DNA of 38,370 nucleotides from Catajapyx aquilonaris (taxonomy: Eukaryota). The stretch spans positions 1 through 38,370 of the forward strand of contig KZ538974.1 in NCBI GenBank assembly GCA_000934665.2, in the 5' to 3' direction. Below, piece after piece: positions 35,373 to 38,370 of the stretch (the first letter of the stretch is position 1; every line of letters begins with the position of its first letter). The position numbers were made by a program, and so were the translations under genes. The notes beneath the pieces are model-generated. The model saw nothing but the letters and a program-made list of their open reading frames with translations. It did no database searches and was not told the origin of the DNA.

Positions 35373-35480
35373 GTCCAACAAGAATTGTCGCAGCGGCAGC
35401 GCACGAACTACAGTCTCTCGTGTCCCTGTGCTCGTAGATTGTTAGTTCGTGCGCTGCCGCTGCGACAATTCTTGTTGGAC
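35373..35480. repeat. Perfect 38-bp inverted repeat with 32-bp spacer
   Basis: GTCCAACAAGAATTGTCGCAGCGGCAGCGCACGAACTA at 35373-35410 and its exact reverse complement at 35443-35480. Confidence 0.95.
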
Positions 35481-36156
35481 TGATAGTACACTAATTTTGC
35501 AACATCTTGTAGATGCACTATAAGAAACCTGGTTATAGGGTAAGTATTGCAGGTGTGAAGTGTCACCAAGATGGCAGTATTGTGTTTTATTGTAGCTGCA
35601 ATAATTCACATTGGTGCATGCTGATGATGAAACTACACAGCTCATGGCTGCTCTTAATGAAAACTACAAGTATTCCTATGATAGTTTTGTAAATTGCAGC
35701 ATTGCAGGATTATCTTTTCTGGTTCACAATGTCCTCCCAGAAACATCTATGCATGATAGAAACCATCCTGAACTTACCGATGCTGTAAAGAAACATTCCT
35801 ACAATAGGGCAGAAAGTATACTTTTGTACACAGTTTTCAGGTTTGTCAGGGTTATGAACATGGTGACCACAGAATTTTTATTTTGCCTTTGGGAGCATAC
35901 CGAAGTTGCTCCACAGAGATTACAGCTCTGCTTGGATGATAGGTTATTGCAGTGTTGTGGTGTAAGGCAGGAGTTGGCTGCTATGTGGAGAAGAGGCAGG
36001 ATTGTCAGATGGACAAAGAAAGTAGAGGAGAAGGACCATTGCATGTGAGACCATTGATGGGGCTGTGTTGTGTGCTTTAGTATGTAGTGTACTGTTCTTA
36101 AAGGATATTTTCTGAGTAAAACACTCATAAAATATCCTTAAGAACAGTACATACTA

Positions 36157-36705
36157 CTGTATTACCTCATAAAGCGGCATGCCGGTGTAGGCGAGGTCGA
36201 CCAGTTTTTAGAAATGCATGATCTGGTGGTTATACCGGCATGCCTGTATATGGCGAGGTTTTCACATAATTTTCATTATCCTTTCTGAAGTTGACATTTG
36301 CCTGAAAATCGAAATTCACGTAAAGGATGTACCGAAAAGGCACATTTTCCGAATAGGGTACCTGTATCATATAATATATTACTTGTATTGTTTTCAGTTG
36401 CAGTGTCTGGCAAAAATCTCAATTTAAACAGTATTTTGGAGCAGGGGGTTCCCTTGTCAAAGCAGGCGGATGATGGGATTGGTCACACACACTACATTTT
36501 TTATATGCACTGTGCAACAGAACTTGCACATTCTCACAGACTGTACACTCGCCCATTTTCATTGTAACATTATTTTAGTACGGTACCAGAAGCATTCCAA
36601 AAAATTTGTCAAGGATCAAATTACGGAAATCTATACCTCAGTTATTGCGGCATGCTGGTCGACCTTGTTTTATACTGGCATGTCGCTTTATGAGAGGTAA
36701 TACGG
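36157..36705. mobile_element. pogo/Tigger-like MITE, copy 2
   Basis: TA|CTGTATTACCTCATAAAGCGGCATGCC...GGCATGTCGCTTTATGAGAGGTAATACGG|TA. Confidence 0.85.
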
Positions 36706-37642
36706 TACCTTTACAGCACACAACACTATCTCTTGCTATCACTACAACTCTAGAAGCACTCATATATTGCAGCTGTCCCCAAAAGTCTGTAGCCCAAGCC
36801 ATTGTCTCCTAAGTCACAGCTATCTTGTAATCATTACAAGTTGAATTTGGCATGTTTTACTCCAAGGCACAAATAAATTGGTCACAACGGGGTTGCATGG
36901 CAAGGAGAAGGGCAAATCTGCTCCAATGACTTGTCCATGCAATTTTTGTTGTGATGACCTGTACAACTACAGGTACCATAGAATGGGGAGACTTATTTGG
37001 ACGCCTGGCATGAAATCTGATGCTTACATTTTTCTTTGCTTGGGTCAGTGTGGACACTTATTGGGAGTCCAAAAAAGCTGTTTGTCAAGGGTGTTGGACA
37101 GAATGGGTTTGTGAGCTGCAGAGTACAACATGAGCAAGCCAGATGCACATTGAGAGTACTTCGTACACACTCTCTTTCCCCGACTCAAAAATGACATACT
37201 GTAGGGTACATTAGGCTATAATAAGCTGCAAGAAGAAGAGCGCGCCCAGGTGTCATATTTTTTTCTGGACTTTGATAGCTACGAACGCAGGAAGGTAGGT
37301 GATGAGCTCCAGAAACAAGAATAAGAACTGCACGTACAATATATAAGAGATGAAAATGCTGGTTGGGAAAAAAGAGAGGGCTAGTTAACGCCTCATGCGT
37401 GCATTATATTACTTAAATTGTGATCTCTGCAAATTTGTCATGATTGGTGTATTTATTCAAACTAATTAATTGCTCGGGTAAACAACCCAACTGTAAACGT
37501 TTATCCCATATATGTCTATAAAAATGATGATGGCTTATTAGATGAAGCTGATGAAACTGGGAATTAGAAGACACTGCCCCACCTGACCGTTTGTGCCCAG
37601 ACATGTGTACCACAGTAGACTATATGGTTCATAAAAGTATAT

Positions 37643-38037
37643 GGTACGACTCTATATGGACGAAATGTTTATCCTATATTCTGAACCCCTGGGTCGCCAG
37701 CATGTTTTTAGGGGTCATGAGGAATTCCGAGAAAAGAGAAACAAAATAAAATCAAAAAAAAGAGAGGAAAAAATAATCAAAGGAAAGTAGGAAAATTTTA
37801 GGGGGGGGGGGGNAATATTGAGGGGGGGGGGGGGAATTTACATCAAATCTACGTAAACATTGCACCTGGTTGAACATTTTGGTAAGTAAATATTTTATTT
37901 AAAAATCGGGATGGGTCACATATATACACGAGTGACCAGAGGTCAAGAGAGGCGTTGTCCATATAGGGTTTCGTCGCATTAAGGTTGGGAATAATGCTGG
38001 ACAATCAGGATAAACATTTCGTCCATAGAGTCGTACC
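37643..38037. mobile_element. MITE with GG...CC termini and AT flanks (ISL2EU-like)
   Basis: AT|GGTACGACTCTATATGGACGAAATGTTTATCCT...AGGATAAACATTTCGTCCATAGAGTCGTACC|AT. Confidence 0.75.
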
Positions 38038-38370
38038 ATTCTTCATGAGCGAGACTGTACAGTACAGTACGTAAGTAGGCCTACTATACTATTACTGTCT
38101 CGGTGCCTCCTCACAAGTCACAATAAGTGCACCATAGAGTTGTATGATAGCTACACTATTTCCTACTCTACACGCAGTAGCAGTGAATAAATCACTGCTA
38201 CGTGATTTCGGTCGTAATCGTCTTTTGCGGAGACGGGATATGTGTCAGACTAAACAAGAGATAGGGCAAATCTCCACCAGAGTGCAGGTGGCTGAAGCCG
38301 ATAGTGTCACCTGGCGACCCACTCAGAACTACATGGTCAGTCTCGTTGGCAGAGCTCTCTGGCGGCCACC

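Noticed and set aside
35611..37114. A second gene downstream of USP2 (ORFs 35611-36048 and 36878-37114)
   Set aside because: No recognisable domain or consistent exon chain, and the region is interrupted by a MITE. A non-coding transcript cannot be excluded.

Overview
Eukaryotic, invertebrate-like genomic DNA; the species cannot be determined from sequence alone. The window holds one complete + strand multi-exon gene for a USP2-type ubiquitin-specific protease. I assembled 8 core coding exons with consistent splice phases (7355-7755, 10238-11159, 19059-19166, 19245-19371, 21367-21839, 27434-27512, 28025-28253, 31920-32007; about 808 aa): a long Ser/Arg-rich disordered N-terminus followed by an intact catalytic domain. 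Between the N-terminal and catalytic exons are three further candidate exons, each ending in a phase-0 donor: an 89-codon exon with a transmembrane-like helix, a 464-codon exon built from a minisatellite, and a 46-codon Arg/Gly-rich putative alternative first exon. One catalytic-domain intron (27513-28024) matches the U12-type (minor spliceosome) GT-AG consensus. The introns and 3' flank carry many non-autonomous DNA transposons (Tc1/mariner-, pogo-, PIF/Harbinger-, piggyBac-, P- and ISL2EU-like, some nested) and a V-domain tRNA-SINE. All exon and family calls were made by hand and need RNA-seq or database confirmation.
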